DNA of 62,722 bases, counting the filler. It is 10 parts of 10 records of this genome, joined end to end, with 100 filler letters (N's around TTAATTAATTAA, not from the genome) between each part and the next. Parts side by side here need not be neighbours in the genome. Positions count along the whole stretch, not along the records: positions 16,872 to 23,132 come from SRR31156797_132147; positions 23,233 to 29,226 come from SRR31156797_132525; positions 29,327 to 35,321 come from SRR31156797_132867; 7 more parts are not named here. The stretch is one strand, 5' to 3'. A model generated the notes under the pieces. The model ran no database searches. It was not told where the DNA came from and worked only from the letters and a program-made list of their open reading frames with translations. Below are positions 20,901-30,557 of this stretch, piece after piece. Position numbers and translations under genes: made by a program. How positions within the stretch are numbered: the stretch's first letter is position 1; every line of letters starts with the position of its first letter.

Positions 20901-21911
20901 GAAGTCCGGGCCGGTGGTGACGTTTGCGATCTGGCGGATGTACACGGGTGTGCCTGCGTCGGATCGCAGGACGATGTTTTCAATGTCGCGGATGACGGCC
21001 TGCTCGCGTTTTTCGCGGTCGCCGCTGTTGCGGTCGTCTCCTCCGAGGAAGCCTACGCCGCGGATGAGAACTTCCATGCCGTTGTCTTCGACGACGCGGG
21101 CGCCGACATCGATGTTGGCGTTTCGGATGGAGTTGAGGACTGCTGCGAAAGGAATACCAAAGGCTCGGAGTGATTCGGGATCGACATCAACCTGGTACTG
21201 GCGTACGTAGCCTCCTACGCTGGCGACCTCGCTGACGCCTTCGACGGATTCGAGGGCGAGTTTGACGTCGAAGTCCTGAATACTGCGGAGGCGATCGAGC
21301 GGGATTCTACTGAATTGCAGTGGTTCACCGGAGATCGGGCAGGTGAATGATTCTGCGGTATCGAGTTGTTCTGCCCGATCGGGGTGGGACTGGAGCAGGC
21401 TGTTTCGCGAATCGGCGGTGAGAGTGCCGTCCTCGTTGAAGCGGAGTCCGGGGCGGGATGGTGAGTACCAGCCGTTCTCGACGGTATACCAGTAGATCTG
21501 CCCCAGGGCGGTGGCGTCCGGGCCGAGGGTAGGAATGGCTCCCGTCGGGAGGTTGGCGCGGGCGACGTCGAGACGTTCGAGGACGCGGCTTCGGGCCCAG
21601 TAGAAATCTACATCATCATCGAAAACGACGTAGACGATGGACCATCCGAACCCGCTGGTGGCGCGGATTTCCTTCACCTGCGGGACGCCCTGTAAGGCGA
21701 CGGTCAGGGGATAGGTGACCTGTTCATCTACGTCTTTCGGGCTTCGTCCCATCCATTCGGTGGAGACGATGGTCTGGTTTTCGGCGATGTCGGGGAGGGC
21801 GTCCTTGGGGGTTTCATTGTAGGCACGCAGTCCCCAGATCAGCAGAACCGCGCAGAGCAGGACTGCAAGGATCGGCAGGCGAAGAAATGTCCGGATCAAC
21901 TGGTTCAGCAT
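17976..21911 (-). CDS. cusA: CusA/CzcA family heavy-metal RND efflux permease, enlarged (1311 aa)
   Basis: DALPDI.ENQ, LGPDATALGQIYWY, NIMSLAGIAIAIGTMVD, EFMPPLDEG and RIRPCLMT motifs. Confidence 0.93.
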   Translation of the reverse strand: MLNQLIRTFLRLPILAVLLCAVLLIWGLRAYNETPKDALPDIAENQTIVSTEWMGRSPKDVDEQVTYPLTVALQGVPQVKEIRATSGFGWSIVYVVFDDDVDFYWARSRVLERLDVARANLPTGAIPTLGPDATALGQIYWYTVENGWYSPSRPGLRFNEDGTLTADSRNSLLQSHPDRAEQLDTAESFTCPISGEPLQFSRIPLDRLRSIQDFDVKLALESVEGVSEVASVGGYVRQYQVDVDPESLRAFGIPFAAVLNSIRNANIDVGARVVEDNGMEVLIRGVGFLGGDDRNSGDREKREQAVIRDIENIVLRSDAGTPVYIRQIANVTTGPDFRRGSLDKMGAEAVGGCVAMRFGENPLDTIDRIKQRIAAIEPGLPPGARINAFYDRSHLIGETLATLTTTLRLELIVTAIAAMLFLLHFRSSLVIAVTLPLAVMFAFICMRALKLPSNIMSLAGIAIAIGTMVDMSIVMLENIFQHLSAKRQEYTLPDGSLDYEKRTGVIREAASEVSSAILTAIATTVISFLPVFFLEGQSGRLFKPLAWTKTFCLVGAALLAIIVVPTLASIALREFRMNRRKAAVVAIPIAIVLTLIWYSAAGLLEVFAQVQHYCTTRLGFLEEITVFTIFFLVTFAVLREQVRPTDRNPVSRIILAAYEPVLRTLLRNKFIFLIIPIAIVLWGLSIWLGWADVLALPAHLAESIGLSPTLWTLGGIIAIPIGCIIGFLLYPLLWDTVCLLRKRKPQQLLLRNTSALIIAILVIIVLPRFLTADWAQAKPVADYLTQNTGIGQEFMPPLDEGDFLYMPSILPAGSINTAREVMEKQDIQFAQIPEVETVVGKLGRIDSALDPAPVGMLETVIALKPRDQWPLIDDPDHPGLQRKRTNNEIWDEIRAAGRFPGVLPSVQLQPIRTRVEMLSTGLNAKIGIKVYGNSLEGCEQLAVNIEQLLRDELSNAEAINAIRTNGKPYLEIDINRKSIARYGVNIRDVQDVIEAGIGGRTLTETLEGLDRYPVRVRFQRELRDNPERIAKLPVPTADGAYIPLQQIADVHSVIGPMSVRREGARFVTYVTMNNTGVDETTLVNNGKAIIDQAIIDGRLQIPEGYHLRWTGSYERNLRAKQRLSLLIPLVLLINFVLIYLQFGRMTLAATVFLAIPVAFSGGFILLEYWPALQDMLYVSGFIDRGFEGDAMYLTVAVWVGFIALFGIAVDDGIVMGTYLDQTFRRSPIRDYREIENRVVEAGLRRIRPCLMTSFTTLAALVPVLLSTGRGSDVMTPMALPVFGGMLVVLITIFVTPVCYCAVEQLKWKLKH

Positions 21912-21941
21912 ATGTATCGTATCCTGCTAGCTGCAACTTCT

Positions 21942-23132
21942 TTACTTGTCTTTGCTTTTGCGAATCTGTTTCTGGATTCCTTCAGGGAGTTTCGGGATAT
22001 ATTTTTCCGGATCGTCATTGAACTTTTTGATGCATGGAGGACAGCAGAAGTAGACGCGGACACCGCGGTAGTCAGTGTAAACGTCATTGACGATTTCATT
22101 GCCCATCACCGGGCAAATTGTCTGTGGTTCGGTTTTTTCAGGTTTCTCATTTTCTGCGTGTTTTGCTATTGCTGCTTTGATCTGGTTCTGGATATGTTCC
22201 GGCAGTTTGGGGATGTACTTGTCCGGATCGTCGTTGAACTTCTTGATGCAGGGTGGACAGCAGAAGTAGATACGAACGCCGTGGTAATCTGTGTAGACAT
22301 CTTTGACGATTTCGTTGCCCATCACCGGGCAGATTGTCTGAGATTCGATCTTCACAGTTTTTTCTTCAACAGCATGTTTGGCCATGGCTGCTTTGATCTG
22401 TTTTTGAATGTGTTCCGGCAGTTTCGGCATGTACTTGTCCGGATCGTCATTGAACTTCTTGATGCACGGTGGGCAGCAGAAGTAGACACGAACGCCGTGG
22501 TAGTCGGTGTAGACATTTTTTACGATTTCGTTGCCCATGACGGGACAGATCGCCTGTTCCTTTGATTCAGGTTTTGAGTCAGGCAGTACTCGGGTGTGTT
22601 CCTCAGGTTGTTGCTCAACCGGTTTCGTTTCCACATGGTGCTGATGTCCGGTGTCGATCTGCTGGTTGGCCACGGGAAACAGAAGGCTGGGTTTGCCTTC
22701 AATCTGCATCTGGGAATCGATGATGAAGTTGCCGCGGGTGACGACGTGCTCCCCTTCCCTGAGTCCATCGAGAACCGGGTAGTATTCCAGCCCTTCGTCA
22801 TTCTCCGAGAGCGGGCCAATACGAATGTGGCGTGGTTCATATACACCGGTTTCTTTTTCGACGTAGGCCAGTGCCCGTTGTCCCGTTTGAAGAACAGAGG
22901 GTTTCGATACGGATAACACAGGAGCGGCAGTAGAACCGGCTGGAAAGTCCGGGATGGTTTTCGCGTCAACCAGATCCATTCCGCAGATGGAGCAATCAGC
23001 CGGGGTGTTGCTGGTGATCCATGGATGCATGGGGCAGGCGAGCGAACCCGGTGGCAGCGGTTCGGCAACTTTTCCATCTGAGCCAAGCGTCGATTTAATT
23101 TCGGCGGTGACGTACATATCGGGTTTGAGGCG
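21942..23132 (-). CDS. CusB-like RND periplasmic adaptor (C-terminal part) with heavy-metal-binding domain and three YHS domains, 5'-truncated
   Basis: CPMHP...CSICGMDL; VL.GLREGE.VV.RGNFIIDSQ; three copies of CPVMG...YFCCPPC..KF..DP.KY. Confidence 0.88.
   Translation of the reverse strand, partial: RLKPDMYVTAEIKSTLGSDGKVAEPLPPGSLACPMHPWITSNTPADCSICGMDLVDAKTIPDFPAGSTAAPVLSVSKPSVLQTGQRALAYVEKETGVYEPRHIRIGPLSENDEGLEYYPVLDGLREGEHVVTRGNFIIDSQMQIEGKPSLLFPVANQQIDTGHQHHVETKPVEQQPEEHTRVLPDSKPESKEQAICPVMGNEIVKNVYTDYHGVRVYFCCPPCIKKFNDDPDKYMPKLPEHIQKQIKAAMAKHAVEEKTVKIESQTICPVMGNEIVKDVYTDYHGVRIYFCCPPCIKKFNDDPDKYIPKLPEHIQNQIKAAIAKHAENEKPEKTEPQTICPVMGNEIVNDVYTDYRGVRVYFCCPPCIKKFNDDPEKYIPKLPEGIQKQIRKSKDK
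21960..22560 (-). repeat. Three intragenic tandem repeats, 216-bp period (72 aa), each encoding a YHS domain
   Basis: Equivalent GCCCAT anchors at 22101, 22317 and 22533; near-identical peptides. Confidence 0.92.
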
Positions 23133-23232
23133 NNNNNNNNNNNNNNNNNNNNNNNNNNNNNNNNNNNNNNNNNNNNTTAATTAATTAANNNNNNNNNNNN
23201 NNNNNNNNNNNNNNNNNNNNNNNNNNNNNNNN
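23133..23232. other. Artificial contig spacer
   Basis: N44-TTAATTAATTAA-N44. Confidence 0.99.
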
Positions 23233-23486
23233 TCCATCTCCGACAGAGTGTCCCTCAGATGGTTCTCATCCAGGGTCTTCTCGTTCAGCTGATCCTGGAG
23301 GGTTCGCAGATACTGCTCCTCCATATCGTAGAGCTCGTCGCTCAGGGCCCCCGACCAGATCATCCTTGTGATCTCCTGAGGCGTGCTCTGCAGGGAGAGG
23401 AGGCGCTCGGTAAGGACCTCGGAGAGGTACCATCTCACATCGTCGATCTCCAGGTTGTACTCTTCAAGCAGTTCTTTTACGGTCAT
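23233..23486 (-). CDS. Hypothetical acidic helical protein, 3'-truncated
   Basis: GGAGG RBS before ATG; protein-like composition (MTVKELLEEYNLEIDDVRWYL). Confidence 0.7.
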
Positions 23487-23683
23487 GGTTCCTCCGGATT
23501 GCAGTCGGGGAGTTATGCTATCAGTTCTCCTTCATCGCATCAAGGATGACCCCCCAGGCCCTGCGGATGACGGGGTCATACCGCCGTTCCGCTTTGCAAA
23601 TGGTATCCTTCTTCCTCTCATCCGGGCCTTTTCTTCGTTGAAATGCCTATTCCATGAGCGGAAAAATCTGTATTCTACTCACC

Positions 23684-24130
23684 ATGAGCGAGAAAGTAAC
23701 GATTTATACGGACGGCGGCTGTACGGGAAACCCCGGACCTGGCGGATGGGCCTGCGTCATCCTGGCGGGCGGGGAAGAGCATAGCTACTCCGGCGGCGAG
23801 GCGGCCACCACCAATAACCGCATGGAGATGACCGCCGTCATCACGGCCCTTAAGATCATCAAACAGATGGGACTGCCTCTGAAGGCGGATCTCTATACCG
23901 ATTCCCAATATGTGAAGAACGGTCTGACCCAATGGATCCACGGCTGGATCCGCAACGGATGGAAGACCGCCGCCAAGAAGCCAGTCAAGAACAAGGAACT
24001 CTGGATCGAGATGAAGGAACTTTGCGATCAGTTCGAGCTGGACTGGCACTGGGTGAAGGGACACTCGGGTGACAAGTACAACGAACTCTGCGACTCCCTG
24101 GTGGAATCGGAAAGGGTTAAGTTCGAGTAG
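23684..24130 (+). CDS. rnhA: Ribonuclease HI
   Basis: IYTDGGC.GNPGPGGW, TTNNRME, TDSQYV, WVKGH and NE.CD motifs. Confidence 0.97.
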   Translation: MSEKVTIYTDGGCTGNPGPGGWACVILAGGEEHSYSGGEAATTNNRMEMTAVITALKIIKQMGLPLKADLYTDSQYVKNGLTQWIHGWIRNGWKTAAKKPVKNKELWIEMKELCDQFELDWHWVKGHSGDKYNELCDSLVESERVKFE

Positions 24131-24267
24131 CTTCCTCTTTTTGCTCCCTGACCGGCCGGCGAACATAGAGAAGAGGCTCTTCCCCGCTTTTTCATAATTC
24201 CATCATATTCTCAGAAAGGCTTTGAATTCTCCCTCCCTTTCCGCGCGTATACGACGCAGGAGGGACT

Positions 24268-25800
24268 ATGAAGGTTTACAGTTTTGTGGCCGCCGGATTC
24301 GAGGGCTACCTGATCCGTGTCGAGGTCTTTATACGCAGGGGCATCCCTGCTGTGGATATCGTCGGGCTTCCCGACGGGGCGGTCCGCGAGGCCCGGGAGA
24401 GGATCCGGGTCGCCATCCAGCAGTCGGGCTTTCAGTTTCCCCGCGGGCACATCCTCATCAATATGGCTCCCGCTGATATCAGAAAAGAAGGGGCCTCTTT
24501 CGATCTCTCTCTGGCCATGGCCGTTTTATGGGCGTCAGGGCAGATCGAGGCCTCCGGGAACCGGGAGCCCTGGCTCGTGCTGGGAGAGCTGGAGCTTTCC
24601 GGCAGGGTGAGAGCCGTCAGGGGGACGCTGGGAGCCGTATCGGCGGCTCTGAACGGAGGGATTCGCCATTTTCTGGTACCCGAAGAGAACAGCAGCGAGG
24701 CCTGGGCCGCGGGGGGCAGAGACGTGCGGGGAATCGCTCATCTGAGAGAGATTCCGGGGATCCTCGGCATGGATGAAACCCGTCCCTCTTCCGAGCCCCA
24801 TGTCGAGCTCCGTCAGCTGGAACCGGAATCGAGCCCGCCGGATATCAAGGAGCTGAAGGGGCAGGCCTATCTGAAACGGGCCATGATGGTGGCTGCCGCA
24901 GGGGGGCATCATATGCTCCTCTTCGGTCCTCCCGGATCGGGGAAAACGCTGGCCTCATCCATGATGGAGGGATTGCTGCCGCCCTTGAGCGCAGAGCTCA
25001 GCCATGAGGTCTCCCGTATCTGGTCCCAGGCGGGGAAGCTGGGGCGGGGGAGCTCTATGATCACCCGCCCGCCCTTCAGGACGCCCCACCACTCCGCCAC
25101 CCTGGAGGGGCTGATCGGCGGGGGAGCGAGCATCACCCCGGGGGAGATCTCCCTGGCCCACGGAGGCGTGCTCTTTCTCGATGAAACCCCCGAGTTCCAG
25201 GGCCGCATCCTCCAGAGCCTCCGGGAGCCCCTGGAAACCGGCAGGGTCACCATCGTCCGGGCCGGCAGGTCCTACTGGTTCCCCTCGGACTTCCAGCTTC
25301 TGCTGGCGGCCAATCCCTGTCCCTGCGGAAACATGGGCCGTCCCAATGCCAGATGCATCTGCACCCCCCAGGAGGTTCAGCGCTACTGGAAGAAGATCGG
25401 AGGCGCCCTGATGGACCGCATCGATATCCGCATCCCCGTCGAAGCTGTGGAGCCGAAGGTCCTCTTAAAGGACTGTCCCGAATCCAGCGCCGACCTCCGC
25501 CGGAGTATCGACGTGGCGGCGGAGCGGCAGAGATCCCGGTATCGGGAGCGCGGCTTCAGTAAAAACCGCTCCCTTTCCGTGGACGGGGTGGGGACGTTCT
25601 GCCGGCTCAGCCCGGAACTGGAGGAGTATTTCACCCTTATGATAGGGAAGATCGGCTTCTCTTCCCGGGCCTGTCATTCGGTCCTCAAGCTGGCCAGAAC
25701 GATCGCCGACCTGGCAGACCGCGATGAGATCATACGGGACGATCTGGAGGAGGCGGGGCAGTACAGGAGGTTCGGTGACAGCGACTTTTTCTGGAGTTGA
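24268..25800 (+). CDS. YifB/ComM family Mg-chelatase-like AAA+ ATPase
   Basis: IVGLPD.AVRE.RER, GELELSG, GPPGSGKT, PFRTPHHS, LAHGGVLFLDE and NPCPCG motifs. Confidence 0.95.
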   Translation: MKVYSFVAAGFEGYLIRVEVFIRRGIPAVDIVGLPDGAVREARERIRVAIQQSGFQFPRGHILINMAPADIRKEGASFDLSLAMAVLWASGQIEASGNREPWLVLGELELSGRVRAVRGTLGAVSAALNGGIRHFLVPEENSSEAWAAGGRDVRGIAHLREIPGILGMDETRPSSEPHVELRQLEPESSPPDIKELKGQAYLKRAMMVAAAGGHHMLLFGPPGSGKTLASSMMEGLLPPLSAELSHEVSRIWSQAGKLGRGSSMITRPPFRTPHHSATLEGLIGGGASITPGEISLAHGGVLFLDETPEFQGRILQSLREPLETGRVTIVRAGRSYWFPSDFQLLLAANPCPCGNMGRPNARCICTPQEVQRYWKKIGGALMDRIDIRIPVEAVEPKVLLKDCPESSADLRRSIDVAAERQRSRYRERGFSKNRSLSVDGVGTFCRLSPELEEYFTLMIGKIGFSSRACHSVLKLARTIADLADRDEIIRDDLEEAGQYRRFGDSDFFWS

Positions 25801-25864
25801 CGGCTGTGATTCCGAAGCAGGCCCCTGAAGATACGGCAGGCGCTCTTTGTTATACGAATTGGCC

Positions 25865-26413
25865 TCAGAACTCGTAGACATAAACGGGACAGTGTCGCTT
25901 CCCTCCGGCATACTCCACACTGACGGCTGTCCAGCGGGGCATGGCAAAGGCTATGGATATGAGGAGGCCCTCCCGGGGCCTGTCCTCTTCGAAACGGTGG
26001 CGCAGCTCTCTCATCGCCGGTCCCGATAGATAGGCGACATAGACCGTACGATCCCTGAGCGTCTCTTTCAGGAAATCTTTTCTTGAATGGCGGACATTCC
26101 CGTATCCGAAGGCGGAGGATACCACTCTTCCGTACAGACAGGGGACGGGGGAGAGTTCCATCGACATCACTTCAGAACCTTTGACAATCCCCGCGAGGAA
26201 ACGGGAAAGACCTCCCCATCCGCCTCCCAGATCGACGATCCTCATTCCTCCGGCGAAGCGGTCATCCTCCGAATAATCATTGAGGATGCGACACAGCGTC
26301 TCCCTCTCTCTGCGGGACGAGGGCATGGGGACGACCCCGGATATGAGACTGTACATAAAAACAAGGATCAACAGCAGTATGAGGAGCGCTGCCACACCCG
26401 ACAGGACAATCAT
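25865..26413 (-). CDS. Membrane-anchored class I SAM-dependent methyltransferase
   Basis: N-terminal TM, GVVPMPSS, IVDLGGGWG and ELSPVP; start MIVLSG with GGAGG upstream. Confidence 0.8.
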   Translation of the reverse strand: MIVLSGVAALLILLLILVFMYSLISGVVPMPSSRRERETLCRILNDYSEDDRFAGGMRIVDLGGGWGGLSRFLAGIVKGSEVMSMELSPVPCLYGRVVSSAFGYGNVRHSRKDFLKETLRDRTVYVAYLSGPAMRELRHRFEEDRPREGLLISIAFAMPRWTAVSVEYAGGKRHCPVYVYEF

Positions 26414-26612
26414 CGTCCTTCTTCCTCCTTCCGTCCGGTCAGGATAACGGATCTCCCGGAGAAGGACCACCGGGATCCTGTGGCTCAAGGGGGGAAAGCA
26501 TAGTGGGACAGGAGGGAATAAGCGAGTAGAATCTATGCAAGGAGAGTGAAAAATAATATAAAGGTAAGTCCTGAAACAATACCGTGTTATAGTACAGGAC
26601 AGGGGGACGAAC

Positions 26613-28670
26613 ATGGGGAATCTGGAAAGCGGTTTAAGCGAGAAAAAGGACAGGGTAAAAAAGGATGTTCGGGAGAGAACGGACAGGGCCGTTAAAAAAA
26701 CGGAGGAGTATCTGCGAAGCCATTTCCCTGGTATCGTGATCCGAACCAAAGTCATAACGACCATGGTTTTTTTCTTTCTGGTCATGTTCAGCTTCCTTCT
26801 GGATTCCTTCGGACTGGCCGAGGGAGTGGAAATCGCCAAAGATCCCCAGGCTATGGAATTCCTGATCTGGACTCTCGTCGTGAATCTATGCGCGCCTCTT
26901 CTCATGATCAATCTGTTTATCCATTTCTATCTGAGACCTGTGAGCCGTGAGTACAGGCTTTTCTTTGAAACAAGGCAGGCCACCGATGCCTATTGGAAGG
27001 CTGTGGCCCGCTTCGACCGGCTGAATCCTATTCTCATCCTGATCGTGAGCATTCTTTTTCTTTCCACCATTCCCTGGGGATACGAGCTGACCCACGCGTC
27101 CCCGGTCGCCGGAGTTTTCTACGTAATGTCGAAGCTAAGCCTTCTGGGATCGATGACCGTGCTGTATCTGGTCTGCTCCAATCTCTTTGTCCGGAGGCGT
27201 CTGCTTTATACCCTGGATCTATATGAGATGAAGACGAAGCTGCGTTTCGTGGACCGTCAGTTCTTTTTCAACGCCGTCGTTCCGGTGGTTCTCGTTCTGA
27301 ATGTTATGATTATCTTTACCCAGCTAACCCTCAGGCTCCTGGACATGAGGCATGTCGCCGAGAGGGCCGCCGCGGCCGGAGAGGATCTCCCGATGCTGGC
27401 CGACCTCAGCAGCCTGACGGTCAACGGCGCAGCGCTCAGTTATATTACCCTTACGGCCTTTCTCCTTGTCCAGATCGTTATGATCTATGCCATCTTGTCC
27501 GTATTGCAGAGGAGGCAGAGAAGGGACTTTCAGAGCAAGCTGGCCGATCTGGCGTCGGGCTGCGGAGACCTTACCAGGCAAATCCGTATCCTGGATATTG
27601 ATGAGAACGCCATAACCATCAGCAATCTGAACCTTTTTATCGCCAATCTCAGGAATCAGCTGCTCCGTGTGGAGGACGTCGCTTCCCGGGTGACCCGGTC
27701 GTCCGAGACCATGTCCTCCGAGCTTCAGAACACCTCGGCCGCCGCAGAGCAGATGGCCGCTTCCGTGCAGCAGATAAACAGAACGACCCAGAGCAGGACC
27801 GAGGTCATCGAACGGACCGGGAGCAATCTCCTGGGGGTGATCGAATCTCTGGAGGAGGTGAAGGGCAGCCTGGATACCCAGGCCGCCTTCGTAGAGCAAA
27901 CCTCCAGTTCGGTGAATCAGATGGCCTCGAGCATCCGCAGCGTTTCAGAGTCCACCGGCAGGGCCAACGAACTGTCCAGGCATCTGTCCGATACGGCTAC
28001 GGCCGGAGGGAAGGCCGTGGACGAGTCCATTGCGGCTGTCAGAGAGGTCGAGGACTCTTCGGATGAGGTTAACAATCTGGTTTCCACCATATCGAAGATA
28101 GCCGCTCAGACCAATCTCCTGGCCATGAACGCAGCCATTGAGGCCGCCCATGCGGGCGATGCGGGCAGGGGCTTCGCCGTCGTAGCGGAAGAGGTCAGGA
28201 ACCTGGCCGAAGACAGCTCCGACAAGGCCCAGATGATCACCAGGCAGATCGATCAGATGGTGGGCGTCGTCAATAACGGCGTGAAGATGTCGGAGAACGC
28301 GGGGTACGCCCTTGAGGAGGTCCTTTCAGACATCTCCCAGACTACCGATCTGATCAATGGTATCGCCATTGCCATGGACGAACAGAACGCGGGCGCGCGG
28401 GAGATCCTGAGTTCCATACAGTCCCTCGTGGACGCGACGGCGCATATCGAGAAGATCGCGAAGAAAGAGATCAGTAAAAACGTCGAGATGCGCACCTCCG
28501 TAAACCAGGTCACCCTGGCTTTTCAGGAGATCAGCGCGGCCACGGAAGAGCAGGCCGAGGGAACCCGGGATCTCATGAGGATCGTCTCTCAGCTTCAAAA
28601 GGTTGCCGATGAGAACAAGGAGGTCGTCAAGGTCCTTTCAGAGGCCTTCGCCGGCTTTAAACTGAAATGA
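26613..28670 (+). CDS. Methyl-accepting chemotaxis protein (multi-TM sensor, HAMP, signalling domain)
   Basis: About 6 TM segments; GDLT HAMP motif; [38 protein letters not shown]. Confidence 0.95.
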   Translation: MGNLESGLSEKKDRVKKDVRERTDRAVKKTEEYLRSHFPGIVIRTKVITTMVFFFLVMFSFLLDSFGLAEGVEIAKDPQAMEFLIWTLVVNLCAPLLMINLFIHFYLRPVSREYRLFFETRQATDAYWKAVARFDRLNPILILIVSILFLSTIPWGYELTHASPVAGVFYVMSKLSLLGSMTVLYLVCSNLFVRRRLLYTLDLYEMKTKLRFVDRQFFFNAVVPVVLVLNVMIIFTQLTLRLLDMRHVAERAAAAGEDLPMLADLSSLTVNGAALSYITLTAFLLVQIVMIYAILSVLQRRQRRDFQSKLADLASGCGDLTRQIRILDIDENAITISNLNLFIANLRNQLLRVEDVASRVTRSSETMSSELQNTSAAAEQMAASVQQINRTTQSRTEVIERTGSNLLGVIESLEEVKGSLDTQAAFVEQTSSSVNQMASSIRSVSESTGRANELSRHLSDTATAGGKAVDESIAAVREVEDSSDEVNNLVSTISKIAAQTNLLAMNAAIEAAHAGDAGRGFAVVAEEVRNLAEDSSDKAQMITRQIDQMVGVVNNGVKMSENAGYALEEVLSDISQTTDLINGIAIAMDEQNAGAREILSSIQSLVDATAHIEKIAKKEISKNVEMRTSVNQVTLAFQEISAATEEQAEGTRDLMRIVSQLQKVADENKEVVKVLSEAFAGFKLK

Positions 28671-28806
28671 TTTTATTCCCGTGATTCCTGGCGAGGGCTT
28701 CCCGGGTATTCAGGGCGGACCGAAGCTGCTGTCGTATAGATGACCTGACTGCCGATCCCCTGAATTCTGACTTGCTATTTGGGATATTTCTATCATAATG
28801 GTCCCT

Positions 28807-29226
28807 ATGGCGGAAACAATTCAGCGCAGCCTCCTGCTAGTAGAAGACGATGCGGTTATCGCCTATGCGGAGCAGCGGCGGCTAAGGGAATACGGCTACA
28901 AGGTCAATCACGTTCTCAGCGGACGGGATGCGGTGGATATCGCCCTGTCCGGCGAATCCGAACCAGATCTGATCCTTATGGATATCAATCTGGGCGAAGG
29001 GATGATGGACGGGACCGAAGCCGCCAGGCTTATCCTGGAGAAGAAAGACATCCCCGTGGTATTCCTGTCCTCCCATACCGAACCGGAGATCGTGGCCAAA
29101 ACCGAATCCATAACCTCCTACGGCTATGTGGTAAAAGATTCCGGCATAACCGTACTGGACGCCTCCATCAAGATGGCCTTTCGCCTCTTCGAATCCAGGC
29201 AGCGGGAAAAGCGGATGGACAGGGCC
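28807..29226 (+). CDS. Receiver-domain protein (probably the N-terminus of a hybrid sensor), 3'-truncated
   Basis: LLVEDD, PDLILMDI.L, DG.E, VVFLSSH and YGYVVK motifs. Confidence 0.88.
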
Positions 29227-29326
29227 NNNNNNNNNNNNNNNNNNNNNNNNNNNNNNNNNNNNNNNNNNNNTTAATTAATTAANNNNNNNNNNNNNNNNNN
29301 NNNNNNNNNNNNNNNNNNNNNNNNNN
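29227..29326. other. Artificial contig spacer
   Basis: N44-TTAATTAATTAA-N44. Confidence 0.99.
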
Positions 29327-29530
29327 GCCGGATATTATTCCGGCTGAAAGAACGCCGTGGGCGATCCGCTTCTTAAAAGGAGTGGCTGCGGCGAAATCTT
29401 CATCAAGGTGAATCGGATTGAAATCGCCGGTTGCTTCGGCAAATTTTTGAATCATCTCATCGGTAATTAGCTTCTTGCTCTCAAAGCTTTCGTTTATTTC
29501 AATTTGATCTATGGTTTTGCCTTTTTCCAT
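29327..29530 (-). CDS. MaoC/PhaJ family (R)-enoyl-CoA hydratase, 3'-truncated
   Basis: FAEATGDFNPIHLD..FA..TPFKKRIAHG hydratase motif. Confidence 0.9.
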
Positions 29531-29545
29531 TGTTATCTCCATGTA

Positions 29546-30544
29546 TCAATGCCATTCCAAAACCGCGGCCGCAAATGAAAAGCCGATGCCCCCGGAAACC
29601 AGGACAACGGTTGAGCCTTTATTTATAAGACCTTTTTGCAGCCCCTGGTCAAGGGATATTATCACGTCATTCGGACCGTGATGACCGTATTCAAACAAGG
29701 GCGCCGATTTTTCCTCGTCGATTCCGATTTCTATCAGGGTTTGCTCCCTGTGCCCCGGGGACATATGCCTGAGGGCGACATAATCGGGCCGCCTATCTTC
29801 AAGGGCTTTCCCGGCGACCCGGGCCAGGCTGTTCGTCCAGGATTCTTTCATGAAGTTTTTAAGCAGGTCGGGTTGGGCCGCCTGGTAAAACATGGCCGAT
29901 GATTCCAGGATTTCCTTGCTGAAAGGCAGTTCGGTTCCTCCGCCGGGAACGTAAACCGCATCCGCCATTTCCGGGTGGACTTCAACAGCCAGTCCCGACA
30001 AATGGGCAATTCCGTTGTTTCTTTTGATCAGCAAGGCGCCGCCGGAAGCGGATGAAGGGATTAAAAACCTGGTTTCAGGATTTCCATAATCCACCAGGTC
30101 CACATTACGGGTGGCGCCGGCTATAAGAATTGTATTAACCGAGTCATCAGCCCTTATCAGGTCCCTGGCGACCCGAAGCCCGATAATGGAAGTAACTCCC
30201 TGACCGACAAGATCAAAAGCCCAGGCGTTCCGGCAGCCTATTTCTTCCTGCAGCCTGATGGCCGCGGTCTGGGCTATGTAATCCTTGTATTCCTCTCCGG
30301 TCCAGATTACTACATCCACATCTTCGGGGTCAATGTTCGAAACTTTATCCATGGCCTGCGCGGCGGCCTTGACAGCCATGGCCACGGGTTGGTCATCCGG
30401 TCCGGGCTTATGCTTCTTCCGCAAGCCGAGATTATGGACTTCATCTATGGTCAGGCCGGCATTTTCGGCTATCTGTTCATCCGTCTCAAAGCTTTCCGGC
30501 AAATACAAGCCGTAGCTCAAGATTCCAATATTAACATTTACCAT
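29546..30544 (-). CDS. FabH/KAS III-like protein lacking the catalytic Cys
   Basis: Thiolase-like fold motifs (GLYLP, WTGEE.K, GG.A, VLVSGGIG); AFDLVGQG at the Cys position. Confidence 0.82.
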   Translation of the reverse strand: MVNVNIGILSYGLYLPESFETDEQIAENAGLTIDEVHNLGLRKKHKPGPDDQPVAMAVKAAAQAMDKVSNIDPEDVDVVIWTGEEYKDYIAQTAAIRLQEEIGCRNAWAFDLVGQGVTSIIGLRVARDLIRADDSVNTILIAGATRNVDLVDYGNPETRFLIPSSASGGALLIKRNNGIAHLSGLAVEVHPEMADAVYVPGGGTELPFSKEILESSAMFYQAAQPDLLKNFMKESWTNSLARVAGKALEDRRPDYVALRHMSPGHREQTLIEIGIDEEKSAPLFEYGHHGPNDVIISLDQGLQKGLINKGSTVVLVSGGIGFSFAAAVLEWH

Positions 30545-30557
30545 GATTTACGGGCCC

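Noticed and set aside
21960-22560. Tandem repeats as a CRISPR array or DGR template/variable pair
   Set aside because: In-frame 216-bp coding repeats without unique spacers, mostly synonymous or conservative differences, and no RT or cas genes
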